Shown here: positions 51,009 to 62,519 of the stretch, piece by piece | How positions within the stretch are numbered: position 1 is the first letter of the stretch | Layout: each line of letters begins with the position of its first letter | Program-made: the position numbers and the translations under genes | The notes under the pieces: model-generated | What the model saw: only the letters and a program-made list of their open reading frames with translations | The model's database searches: none | Told to the model about the DNA's origin: nothing | Assembly: GCF_022045235.1 (NCBI RefSeq) | Contig: NW_027266264.1 | Coordinates: forward strand, 30,070,001 to 30,134,000 | DNA from: Haliotis cracherodii | Lineage: Eukaryota | Length of the DNA: 64,000 nt | Direction of reading: 5' to 3'

Positions 51009-52303
51009 ATGAAGGGTGGCTGAAAAGTTCAGAGCCCTATGATGGACTGTGGCCGTGGTGTTGGTTGCTGATTATTTTTGCCAATGATGCATGAGTGAAT
51101 CGTTCCCACTTGTCGGTGTTAAATGTCCTCTAGAGCAGAAACGATGTCATCATCATTTGCATAATGCTTGCCAGTCAGTTCTTTCTTAAAGTTTGAGAAG
51201 AGATGGGAATCTGATGGTGCCAAATCTGGTGAATATCGAGGTGTTCAAGCCACAGTCATGCATTGCAGCCATGGCAGCAACAGACTTTTGCACAGGTTTA
51301 TTGTCCACGTTGGACAGCACACCTTTAGTGACTATTCCATGAGATTTATCCTTGATAACAGATTAGCATAATATTGGCCATTAATGGTCAGACTTTTCGG
51401 GAGGTGGTACACCATCCAGTAGTCAAATGGAAGGCAGGAGATGTAACAGACGTTGCCTTCTTTGGAGAAGGAGACGTTAGATGTTTCCACTGCTTTGACT
51501 TTTAGTCTCTGGATGATAGTGGTGAACCCAAGACATCAATGGTTACAAATCACACAACATATCACCTGGCTCTGCATCAAAATGATGAAATTCTAAGAGG
51601 TGATGAACCTGGTGCCAGAAGCCTTGGAACCTAGCGTGCTGAAACCTGTTATACCCAGTTCATTCCTTAGAATGTTGTCAACTCTCTCAGGAGGAATGCC
51701 TACTGTATTGTGAGTCATTAATCATTCATAATCATATCTAGTATTTTATCAGCATTGTCCTTAGTGGTGGCAGTCGCAGGTCTTCCTGATCTTGGATCAT
51801 CTTCCAGGTTCTCTCTTGCCTTCTCGGTTTGACTTCCCACCTCTTAACAGGGGCAGTGGGGTAGCCTAGTGGTTAAAGCGGTCGCTTGTCATGCCTAAGT
51901 CCCGAGGTCGATTCCCAACATGGGTGCAATGTGTGAAGCCCATTTCTGGTGTCTGTGATATTGCTGGAATATTGGTTAACGAGACGTTAACCCACTCACT
52001 CACTTCCACCTCTTAACAGTGGCAAAGGAAGGAGCATCAGTCCCAAAAGTTGACAACATGTACACATGGATAGCTGTTGGAGTTTACCATTTTTGTTGGA
52101 GATCCTTGACGACAATGCAGTAGATACTTCACAGAAAATTCCCAGTCACTTTGATTCCTACAAAATTATGCTGCCTGGTTGCACACTTGGTTCAAATGCA
52201 GCCTATAAGTATGGTCAGCATTGTACTTAATACATGCAAAGTGTTAAGCGTGTATGATACATCCTTTGCAGTTAGGCTCAGGGAATTTCTGCCTCCGCTC
52301 GTA
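51009..52303 (-). mobile_element. decayed mariner (Tc1/mariner) transposon with a nested SINE
   Basis: Minus-strand translation gives PRYSPDLAPSDSHLFSNFKKELTGKHYANDDDIVSALED (~51125-51242) and LEDDPRSGRP (~51780-51808). Degenerate TIRs near 51009-51037 and 52274-52303. Frames are broken. Confidence 0.88.
51851..52005 (+). mobile_element. SINE family B nested in the mariner
   Basis: 14-bp TSD ccacctcttaacag (51837-51850 and 52006-52019), actcact tail. Confidence 0.9.
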
Positions 52304-53606
52304 CCAGGCACATTCACCCTCACTCATTTATGTATAAGCTCTGAAAGATTTACTTTCAACAAGTACTTGATTAAGGTGGAGTTTTTATTCAAAAATAAAA
52401 TTGTTGCTCCTGATCTGTTTTTAAAATAATCTTTTAAAAACACACCTTTTTGGAAAATATTCCAGTGAGACCGTTAATGATTGTGGACACAATGGATCAA
52501 TAATTACATTTTCAGCAAATTCTTGAGGATGAAGGATTTCCATTTTGGAAATGTTAATTTCTTGAAACTGAGACTGCCCACATAGCAGTTTAGAGAAAGA
52601 GACAAGTGCTAATAGTGGCTGTCATGGTTATCAAAAGTTTCAATCAACACAGCTGACACATCAGGTGGTAACACCTTGGTCAGTGAAGTATGTTATCTAA
52701 GAGTTGTTTCTTCCACAATAAAACACTGCAGGGAGAAAAACCCATGAGGGGTGCAGCCCCGAGTGGTATATTCTCAGTGCAGTCTTTCATTGTATGATAA
52801 ACAATGATCACAAGTTGTTTCCCTCGTATATGTGATATCAACATAATGTACAGCCTCTTTAAGGATGTTGATAAAATGTACAAGCTTTAAAAATATTTAC
52901 CCTCATTTTAATATTGATGACTCCCTGAATACAATCCAACCTAGTAAACATAGGACAAGTACTTTTTATGAATAGATGGTTAAGATTCTCACAATCCTCA
53001 TGTTGATTTTTTGTACCTTTTCTCCTAATACTGATTGCCATATCTCTACCATGTTTGAATGCAATCGTTCACCACTGCTTTGATGTGTGTAGCCTAGCCA
53101 CATCTATGGCGAACAACTTACTTTCCTCTCAAAAATTCAATCGTCCAATATATGACATCATCAAGTTGCGAGCACTTATTCAAATCTCCAGAAATGATGT
53201 CATGACAGAATAATATTTTATCGTGCAATAAACCATGCTTTGTTTTTCATTGTTCTTTGTGATTTATCTGCCTTCTTTCTGCCTCCTTTGAGCTACCTGT
53301 AGTGCCTCCTCAGCCTGCCTATAAATAGAGGGTTGTACCTACAGTGTTTCATTGTGGTTGAAAAGCAGTTACTGCTGAACAACTGCTGGAGCAGGTACAT
53401 GGAAACATGATTTTCTGGGTTCAGGCAACCATTGAGCGTCCTGGCCAGTTTTTGATTGCTCAAAGATGGCACAAAGGTCACAGCCCTGTGTAAAGGTGCC
53501 TTAACTTCTTTTGAGCAGTACATCACACCATGCCTTAATGATATGGGAGGAAATACCAAATTGATGCAGGTCTCAGTCACTGGCCAGAGAACCATCCTGA
53601 CCTCAA

Positions 53607-53925
53607 TCTCCATCAGGAAGACCAAACACACAGTGTATTGACTGATGGAAGAGACACCATCAGGAAGACCAAACACACAGTGTATTGACTGATGGAAGAG
53701 ACACCATCAGGAAGACCAAACAGACAGTGTATTGACTGATGGAAGAGACACCATCAGGAAGACCAAACACACAGTGTATTGACTTGATGGAAGAGACACC
53801 ATCAGGAAGGCCAAACACACAGTGTATTGACTGATGGAAGAGACACCATCAGGAAGGCCAAACACACAGTGTATTGACTGATGGAAGAGACACCATCAGG
53901 AAGACCAAACACACAGTGTATTCAC
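53607..53925. repeat. 47-bp minisatellite, ~7 copies, each with an internal inverted repeat
   Basis: Unit ccatcaggaagaccaaacacacagtgtattgactgatggaagagaca. Confidence 0.92.
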
Positions 53926-54583
53926 TGGAAAATTCTTTTCACATCAGGAACATCAAAACACAATACCATGAAAAACAACATTCTGACAAAACAACAAAAC
54001 TAAGTGTTGTTTAATGCCACAGCCTGTAAATAATTGATGCAGGACAAGGCAAACCAGGGTACTAAAAAACACAATTTTTCTCTCTAAAATTTCCACCGTC
54101 TAAGCCTACATTAATGCCATTAAGGACGTTCAGCATAACTAACACTGATCGTCTTTTGATAAAAAATGTAATAAAGACAAGTTAAAACATGCAGAAGAAA
54201 AAAGGAGAAAAACAGACGACTGGAGGAAATTTGATATATAAAGAGCCCAATCAATCGAAATGGAGTTTCCAGCTCTTTGTATCACAATTCAATTAGACTT
54301 TCAAAATGGATGGCAACTAATTAAAAGAACAAAGATGTACTACATTTGAGGCAAGTCAGTCTGTGAGATGAACGGTGACCTTTAACTACAAATACTGAAG
54401 GAATGTCGTGGTCACCTGAGAAAGCAATAACCTACAAACAAGATGACTACACTGGCTACCTACTGGACACCATAAGCATGGGCAAGTTCACTCAGATCAT
54501 ACCAGTAAGGAGGCGTGGCCTAAGCTGTGTACCCTACTTATGCTGTGACAGCAGTTTACATAAAAGTGCAATCTCATTTAAAG

Positions 54584-55137
54584 AAGATCCTTGTGCTTGC
54601 TACCGTTACAAATACAAGTAGATCTAAAGACCTTCCATTACAAGTCACATCAGAGGCACCTTCTATCGAACCAATAAGAACTTCGCTATCAAGATCACAA
54701 AAGTGAAAGCCCAAATGTGTTTTCTAATCATGCAAACCTAAAAGGCTGACATGTATGCTTTCCAGACAAAAGTCACGGGCGGTACAACTGATCCCGTCAA
54801 AATCATTGTCCCCCTCTCATTTTAATGGGATAAATATTTGAAACAAAACAGACATTACATAACCAATGGGAAGTACTGCTATACAATCTTGGCCATCAAT
54901 TAGACATTCCAGAATTTTCTTTAGTTCAGTTTTCATATTTTGAATCGCAAAGTTTGTGAAAATAGTTCTCAAAGTGTATTCTGAAATGGAAGACACCATA
55001 CAGCTCAAGAAAGCTGCTTTTTGATTGGCAAATGTCAACTTCCTGTCATTTCATTGGTCGGCCAAAGATCGCGAAATGTTGTTCTGATGTGACCTGAAAT
55101 AGGATCTTCATGTAGCAGTAGCCCATACTAAGATCTG
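54584..55137 (-). mobile_element. degenerate TIR element carrying a RecQ-like helicase motif-I fragment
   Basis: LKKILECLIDGQDCIAVLPIGYVMSVLFQI resembles RecQ G.D..AVLPTGYGKSL.FQ. gtcacatcaga at ~54644 is inverted as tctgatgtgac at ~55083. Confidence 0.55.
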
Positions 55138-55640
55138 ATTGAATAAAGGTGCAAAGCCAAAACAACCATTTCAATATACTTATAATATAATATACAATAA
55201 AACAATTCAATAGCAACTTGTTTTACTCAGTTCAGAATGTTGCTACCAATGAGTGTCATATCTAAAGGACATGTGGATGATTAAATCTTTTACTAGTTTT
55301 CCCAGAACAAGGACTAAATGTATCAGCTTCTGTGGTCCCCTAGTTTCAGACAGCAGGTAAAAGCATGCACTGTTTATCATGCAGATGTACTATGTACAGA
55401 CACTACAGGGAGATCTACTGAACTGTGTCGAACAGCTCACCTGGCAGGGCTCATCATACTGAAACAGTGGGAGGTAGAAAACTCATCTAACATTCAAAAC
55501 ATCAACTCCAGTAAGGCTTCACAGTCACACAAAACCAACATTGCTGAACAACTCCAAACATTTCTCACGACCACAAAACAGGGTTTACCATAAGGATAGT
55601 GCCTTGATAGTCCAATTATATTTAGCACAGGAAAGTGGGC

Positions 55641-55914
55641 TTGAGTGAGTGAGTGCGTGAGTTGGGTTTAACGCCGCTTTTAACAGTATTCCAGTTATAT
55701 CGTGGCGTGTCAGCTTAATGTGGGAGGAAAGCCCGAAGTGATACAGGTCTCAGACGTTTACCACTTCGGTGAAACCCACAAGCACGGGTATGGTGCTGAC
55801 AAACCTAGAAACATAATCGGGGCGAACCGGGATTCGAACCCACAATCATAGGTTTCTGGCGTGCCCAAGGGACGCAACTCTGCACAGCGAATCGCGGCGC
55901 CTTAGACGACTGGG
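55641..55914 (-). mobile_element. SINE family A, lacking the extreme 5' end
   Basis: Near-identical to 24418-24694. Confidence 0.9.
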
Positions 55915-55998
55915 ATAAACATTGGTAGGTGTTTAGCAATTACAAGCAAATCTTATTGTAGGGGTTAGAAATGATCATATTACAATCTAACTACTTAC

Positions 55999-56296
55999 CT
56001 GTCGTTAATGAAAGATTGCGGCCGACTGTTGGGTCGACTATTGTAGTACAAGGGTTCTGAGTCGGTGTCACTTCGGCCTGGCTGGTACATGCCGCCATCT
56101 TGGTAGTAGTCCGGTTCCCGCTCAAACCCTCTGTCAAATGAGCGGTCAAACGAGTCAAAGCGAGGGTAGTCGCGATCCTCCCGCAACCTGTAGGGGTGGT
56201 CCGGGTGGCTGCGGTACTGGTGCGCTGATGTGTTGTGCTGGTGTTGTAAGGGGAAGTTGACATCGCTGGTGTAGTCACTGTCCTCAGACATTCCAG
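55999..56296 (-). CDS. unc-13: unc-13 exon [16 protein letters not shown]...[19 protein letters not shown]
   Basis: tttcag acceptor, AG|gtaagt donor, 298 nt, phase 1 to 2. [10 protein letters not shown] and PLYYNSRP motifs typical of invertebrate Unc13 long isoforms. Confidence 0.92.
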
Positions 56297-56327
56297 CTGA
56301 AACCCATTGGACAACAATAGGAAATCC

Positions 56328-57150
56328 ACATCTCAGCCTTAATGTCTGATCGACAGGCGTAGATAGTTAACAAAATAGAAGGTTAACAGGATTTACATCT
56401 CAGGTTTAATGTCTGAATGACAAGAATAGATAGTTAACGGGATCTACATCTCAGGTTTAATGTCTCAATGACAAGAATAGATAGTTAACAGGATCTACAT
56501 CTCAGGTTTAATGTCTGAATGACAAGAATAGATATTTAACGGGATCTACATCTCAGGTTTAATGTCTGAATGACAAGAATAGATAGTTAACGGGATCTAC
56601 ATCTCAGGTTTAATGTCTGAATGACAAGAATAGATAGTTAACGGGATCTACATCTCAGGTTTCATGTCTCAATGACAAGAATAGATAGTTAACGGGATCT
56701 ACATCTCAGGTTTAATGTCTCAATGACAAGAATAGATAGTTAACGGGATCTACATCTCAGGTTTAATGTCTGAATGACAAGAATAGATAGTTAACGGGAT
56801 CTACATCTCAGGTTTAATGTCTCAATGACAAGAATAGATAGTTAACGGGATCTACATCTCAGGTTTAATGTCTGAATGACAAGAATAGATAGTTAACGGG
56901 ATCTACATCTCAGGTTTAATGTCTCAATGACAAGAATAGATAGTTAACAGGATCTACATCTCAGGTTTAATGTCTCAATGACAAGAATAGATAGTTAACG
57001 GGATCTACATCTCAGGTTTAATGTCTGAATGACAAGAATAGATAGTTAACGGGATCTACATCTCAGGTTTCATGTCTGAATGACAAGAATAGATAGTTAA
57101 CAGGATCTACATCTCAGGTTTCATGTATGAGCAACGAGAATAGATAGCTA
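56328..57150. repeat. 51-bp minisatellite
   Basis: Unit acatctcaggtttaatgtctgaatgacaagaatagatagttaacgggatct. Confidence 0.96.
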
Positions 57151-57208
57151 TTAGGATCTATCTTGGACATTATTAGATACAGATAGCCAATATGACACTT
57201 TATTATAA

Positions 57209-57426
57209 CACGTCAACTGGATGTGAGAGGTAAGACCTAAGTGATGCAGGTCTTAATAATGTACCACTTTGGTGAAACCCAAGAGCAAGGCATGGTGCCG
57301 GAAAACCTAGACACATAATCAGGGAAACATCTTGGATTCAAACCCACAAGCATAGATTTCTAGCAAGGGATGCAACTCTGCACCGCAACATGTGCCATAA
57401 TAGATGACTGGTCCACCTGTGTCCCC
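57209..57426 (-). mobile_element. old diverged SINE family A copy
   Basis: taccactttggtgaaaccc...aaacctagacacataatc...gcaactctgcac is colinear with the 55641 copy. Confidence 0.7.
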
Positions 57427-59358
57427 TCCTACACAAAGACGATGGTTGTGTCACGTCACAGATCACACATCACAGATCACGCGTCACAGAATGTGCATCA
57501 CAGATTGCAAGTTACAGTTCGCATGCCACAGATCTCACATGACCATGATCACAGAATGAAAATCATAGTTCACAGATCTCAAATCACAGAATGAACATCA
57601 CTGTTCACACGTCACAGATCACACATTACAGATCGTGCATCACAGTTCGCGTGTCAAAGATCTCACATCACAGAATGAATGCAAAAGTTAACATTCCAGG
57701 AATGAAAGAGGAGTTCACGTAGCAGTTGGGCAACCTCTAAATTAGGTGAAGCAGACAATGTGTCTATGACACCAGTTGAGGGGCCCAGAACCAGTCTGTC
57801 GGTAAACACAAGCAATCACAACAACCTCCACAGTTGCTTCCAATCATGGCATCATCCTTGCTGCCAAGGAACGTATGTCTGCTGTGCAAGACATTCCCTT
57901 CCATCATGGAGGCTAGGAGGTTGACAACACACCATATGCCGAGACTGAAAAATGTGCAAGGGCAGTCTCCAAATTGTCTTAAACACAGTCTCCCAGAAGA
58001 TTTGCTGGTTGAGTCTGTATGGTAATGAATGTGTGGAATTAATAACTGGAGTTAGTTGGTGTGTCTGTGACCATGATGGCCACTGGGCCAGGAGAGTGGT
58101 GAAGCTGACAGGCTTATATTGACCTGTCAAACCACATATAATGGTAATACATAATGGCTGCTGGTACGTGTAGCTTGTTCTGCTGTCAACCAACCGGTAC
58201 TCATCAGTCATTAAATACAATGATATACCACAAAAGACAATGGCTACTCAGCAGTGATGTATATCATAGTGTATCTCCTCAACTGTGTCATGCAACACTA
58301 GCCACATGTGAGACAATCTCTACTGTATCACACAACACTAGTCACATGTGTGTCACTCTCTACTGATATAGCACTTCATTATATATACTCAGTACCAAAG
58401 GGCCTTATGATGTGAATAAATCACCAAAAATATGCTGTATAGATTTCGAAAGTGTTTTGTTTCATATAGAGTAGAAATAAACGTGTTTAAAGCAAAATTG
58501 ACTTTGCCCTAATAACATCCAAAATGAGATGCAGAATAAACATGAACTTGAAGTTTTAGGTGCTTTATCTTTCTTTCATATAGATATATTGGAGAGGCTG
58601 GAAGCAGAAGTATATTGTGGTAATGACAAGATCGCTGATGTAATGACTTCTGCTGTAGGGCTGGGACAGGTAACTCAGATACTCACCCGGGTACACACAG
58701 GACTACCCGGACCCGAGGTAAGTCACGTGATTATATTGTTTAATGTCAAAAATTATTTAGAGCTCTATGGTTACACAATAAGTGACAAATTTCTTTCTGA
58801 CTATGCACACACTCCTTCTGACTTATTATGTTTTCATAATGATATAACTTCAGTCAACATCAGTGTATGCATGACCAGATCGGATTATACATGTATCTAA
58901 ATTTATTTTGTACGGTCAAACGTTTCTCAATCAGACATTTTGTACCTCTCTCTTGAGACCTACAGCGGGTACCCAGGTCGAGTCGGGTAATAGGGGGGGG
59001 GGGGGGGGGGGGGGGGGTACCTGGGTTGTAAATTTGGGAATCGAACCCGGGTCTTCGGTGTGACAAGCGAACACTTTAACCACTAGGCTACCCGAATATC
59101 TAATAAACATACTGAAAAAAAAGTAACAATGTTACTATTGTTTGTGAAACTTTCTGAAAAATGATGTATATTTTAAAGAAATGACGTATCTAATTATCCG
59201 ATTCAAAAGTTAAGTGGTATATTCCCCCTGCACTGCCATTATATTGATGAAGGATTTATTGAATTAAATCAAAGTGTATTATTTTGTTAGCTCCTTCCCT
59301 TATATGTTGACTGTCGATGGACGGAATATCTGGTGAAACATATGATCGATATACTTAC

Positions 59359-59407
59359 ACTGAGAATAGGATGGTGGTCGGCGCGGTTGTTCTTGTAATG
59401 CAAGCAT
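59359..59407 (-). CDS. unc-13: unc-13 exon MLALQEQPRRPPSYSQ
   Basis: caacag acceptor, gtaagt donor, 49 nt, phase 0 to 1. This is exactly the phase needed to join 61407 to 56296. Confidence 0.82.
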
Positions 59408-59904
59408 CTGTTGATGATAAAAGAACAACAAATCTAAATTGCTAAAAGAGGTATTAAGTAACAGATATACATCACAACAGAGTTTTAAATTTATTTATCC
59501 GTGGTTCCTAACACAATAAATATCCCTTGGCCAGGAACATGTGTATGTAATCTGTAATCTGTCACACGTCAATACCTTCCACATGATTACAATGAAGCAA
59601 TACACTATTATCAGGAAGCTGCCTTGTACAGCGATGCCACCGCCATGGTGGCAGTGCGGCAGTGCGGCAGTGTGGCAGTGTGGCAAGTGTGGCAGTGTGG
59701 CAGTGTGGCAGAGTCCGTACTGCATCCAGGTAGAATATTCCCCAGGTGTACAACTGTGACAGTCTCTCACCACCAACCAAAACCATGCATCAATAATTCA
59801 GATTCCCAATTTCCTCAAAGGAACTTAATTTACATTTGTGAAGATTTCAGCATTAATCAGAGTAAGTGGAACCACCTGCTCCAGCATCCATGTTGCTCTA
59901 CTGT

Positions 59905-60150
59905 TGTTGTTGTTGTTTAATGCTGCACTTATCTATACGATGGCAGTATGTAAATAATTGAGTCTGGCCCAGACAATTCAGTGTTTGACATCATGAGCAT
60001 CGATCCATGCAATTGCCTTTCAAGGAGATGCATCAACCAAGTCAGCGAGCCTGACCACCTGATTACATTAGTCACCTCTTGCGACAAGCACAGTCGCCCC
60101 TTATGACAAGCATGGGTTGCTGAAGACCAATTCTAACGAAGATTTTCATG
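59905..60150 (-). mobile_element. family C copy
   Basis: Colinear with 34519-34776, including caagcatgggttgctgaagacc. Confidence 0.78.
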
Positions 60151-60284
60151 TGATGCTCTAACGGTGATATGATGAATGCAATGCAAGATTTGACAACAAA
60201 GAAAAGGTGGTATTCACATGGCATCCATAAGTAATATTAGAATCATAGCTATTAATATTCATGTCACTTAGATGAGAAGATCTA

Positions 60285-61265
60285 GTGAATGGTGAATACG
60301 GGTGAGTGGTGAATACAGGTGAGTAGAAGCACAGGTGAGTGGTGGATGGTGGTGAATACAGGTGGGTGGTGAATACAGGTGAGCAGTGAATACAGGTGAG
60401 TAGTGAATACAGGTGAGTAGTGAATACAGGTGGGTTGTGAATACAGGTGAGTGGTGAATACAGGTGTGGTGGTGAATACAGGTGAGTAGAAGTACAGGAG
60501 GGTGGTAAATAAAGGTGAGTGGTGTATACAGGTGATCAGAAGTACAGGATGGTGGTGAATACAGGTGAGTGGTGAATACAGGTGAGTGGTGAATACAGGT
60601 GAGTGGTGAATACAGGTGAGCAGAAGTACAAGAGGGTGGTGAATACAGGTGGGTGGAAGAACAGGTGAGTGGTGAATACAGGTGGGTGGTGAATACAGGT
60701 GGGTGGTGAATACAGGTGAGTAGTGAATACAGGTTTGGTGGTGAATACAGGTGAGTGGTGAATGCAGGTGAGTGGTGAATACAAGTGGATGGTGATTACA
60801 GATGAGTGGTAAATACAGGTGAGTGGTGAATACAGATGGGTGGTGAATACAGGTGGGTGGTGAATACAGGTGAGTAGTGAATACAGGTTTGGTGGTGAAT
60901 ACAGGTGAGTGGTGAATGCAGGTGAGTGGTGAATACAAGTGGGTGGTTAATACAGGTGAGTGGTGAATGCAGGTGAGTGGTGAATACAGCTGGGTGGTGA
61001 ATACAGGTGAGTAGAAGTACAGGAGGGTGGTGAATACAGGTGGGTGGTGAATACAGGTGGGTGGTGAATACAGGTGGGTGGTGAATACAGGTGAGTAGTG
61101 AATACAGGTGTGGTGGTGAATACAGGTGAGCCGTGAATGCAGGTGAGTGGTGAATACAAGTGGATGGTGATTACAGATGAGTGGTAAATACAGGTGAGTG
61201 GTGAATACAAGTGGGTGGTGAATACAGGTGGGTGGTGAATACAAATGGGTAGTGAATACAGGTAA
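60285..61265. repeat. 17-bp minisatellite
   Basis: Unit ggtgagtggtgaataca. Confidence 0.94.
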
Positions 61266-61406
61266 AGTGAGGAATACAGTTGAGCAGGCAGACAGATTTG
61301 ATCAGCAACTGTGCAAGTGAAATCAGGCAGTACAATCAGCTGGAGATTAGAGGTGGTTGTGATTAAGCAGGTAACAGTGGCTGTGCTAGACAGGTGCAAG
61401 AAGTAC

Positions 61407-61474
61407 CTCTTGGTTCATTGTGTTGAGGACTAAGAGCTTGTTTTGCAACTCAGCGGCCTCTGCCTCAGGCAGAT
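61407..61474 (-). CDS. unc-13: unc-13 exon directly after C2A (DLPEAEAAELQNKLLVLNTMNQE)
   Basis: ttgcag acceptor, GAG|gtactt donor, 68 nt, phase 1 to 0. Resembles Munc13-1 [20 protein letters not shown]. Confidence 0.82.
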
Positions 61475-62322
61475 CTGCAACAACATCTGAAGTCAGTCAA
61501 AGTACAAGGATATATTAGTGATTGCCCTCTCAAAGTATAACACACAAAGCAGTAATACAGGCACTGTAGCTCACATTCATGAGAGTCAAAGTACAAGGAT
61601 ATATTAGTGATTGCCGTTAGAGGTCATACATGCCCTAATGAAGCCTCATAAAGCAGTTATATAGCTACTGAAGCTCCCCTTCTAGTCAATTCACATGTGA
61701 CTACAACTTGAAGGAGAGGTCTTACCCCATACATTGACATCCACATAATGACATGAGGAAAACAGTTTTCAGGAAAGATTACTGAAACTGACATACGTTT
61801 CCACTGACTTTAACAAGTTGAGCCAACAGTAACACAATTGCATTTTTGACTGTACAAACCCTTAAACTTAAAACAAGGGTTTGATATGTCACAGACATTT
61901 AACCATTTTATGAGTGATTCATTCAGTTTTCAATGGATTTACATATCCATAAAACCTAAAAACTGACATCTTGAATCTTTCCAAATGAAAATCCTACACC
62001 ATTTTTTGCAAATAATGAAATGGTAAGTAAAAGAAGATGCTGACACAATGAACATATATATCTGATGTTGCTGTTCTTTAAAATATTTAAAGGGTGCACT
62101 GCAAAAATGTTCTAAATAAACAGTGAGAATGAATATGCCACAAAAAAGATTCAAGAATCTTAAATTCATAGAAGTAACACCCATTATCAAAAGGTTCACG
62201 AATCAAATCGTAAATCATATTTTTTCTCTGAGCTTTCCAATTACCGAGTTCTTTGCACCAATTCAATTCTAATACATCTTCACAACCCCACTGTACACTA
62301 AAACACAATACTACTCAAAAGA

Positions 62323-62485
62323 GTGAGTAAGTATGGTTTTACGCCACTTTTAGTAATATTCCAGCAATATCATTGCGGGTCACACCTGAAATGGGCTTCA
62401 CACATCGTACCCATGTTGGGAATGGAACCCAGGTCTTCGGTGTGACGAGCAAACACTTTAACCACTAGGCTACCCGACTTCCCCG
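62323..62485 (-). mobile_element. SINE family B, full length
   Basis: 12-bp TSD ctactcaaaaga (62311-62322 and 62486-62497). Colinear with the 50375 copy. Confidence 0.9.
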
Positions 62486-62519
62486 CTACTCAAAAGAATT
62501 TAAAGAAAACTCTATAGTT

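Noticed and set aside
53607-53925. CRISPR-like array with hairpin-bearing units
   Set aside because: Head-to-tail units without unique spacers, no cas genes, eukaryotic intron. None of the arrays in the window has repeat-spacer structure.
57720-58030. Coding-like stretch, possibly a transposon remnant
   Set aside because: No recognisable motif or splice pair that I can support.
61495-61615. 32-bp direct duplication agtcaaagtacaaggatatattagtgattgcc
   Set aside because: Two-copy local duplication upstream of an acceptor; too long for a TSD and with no element features between the copies.
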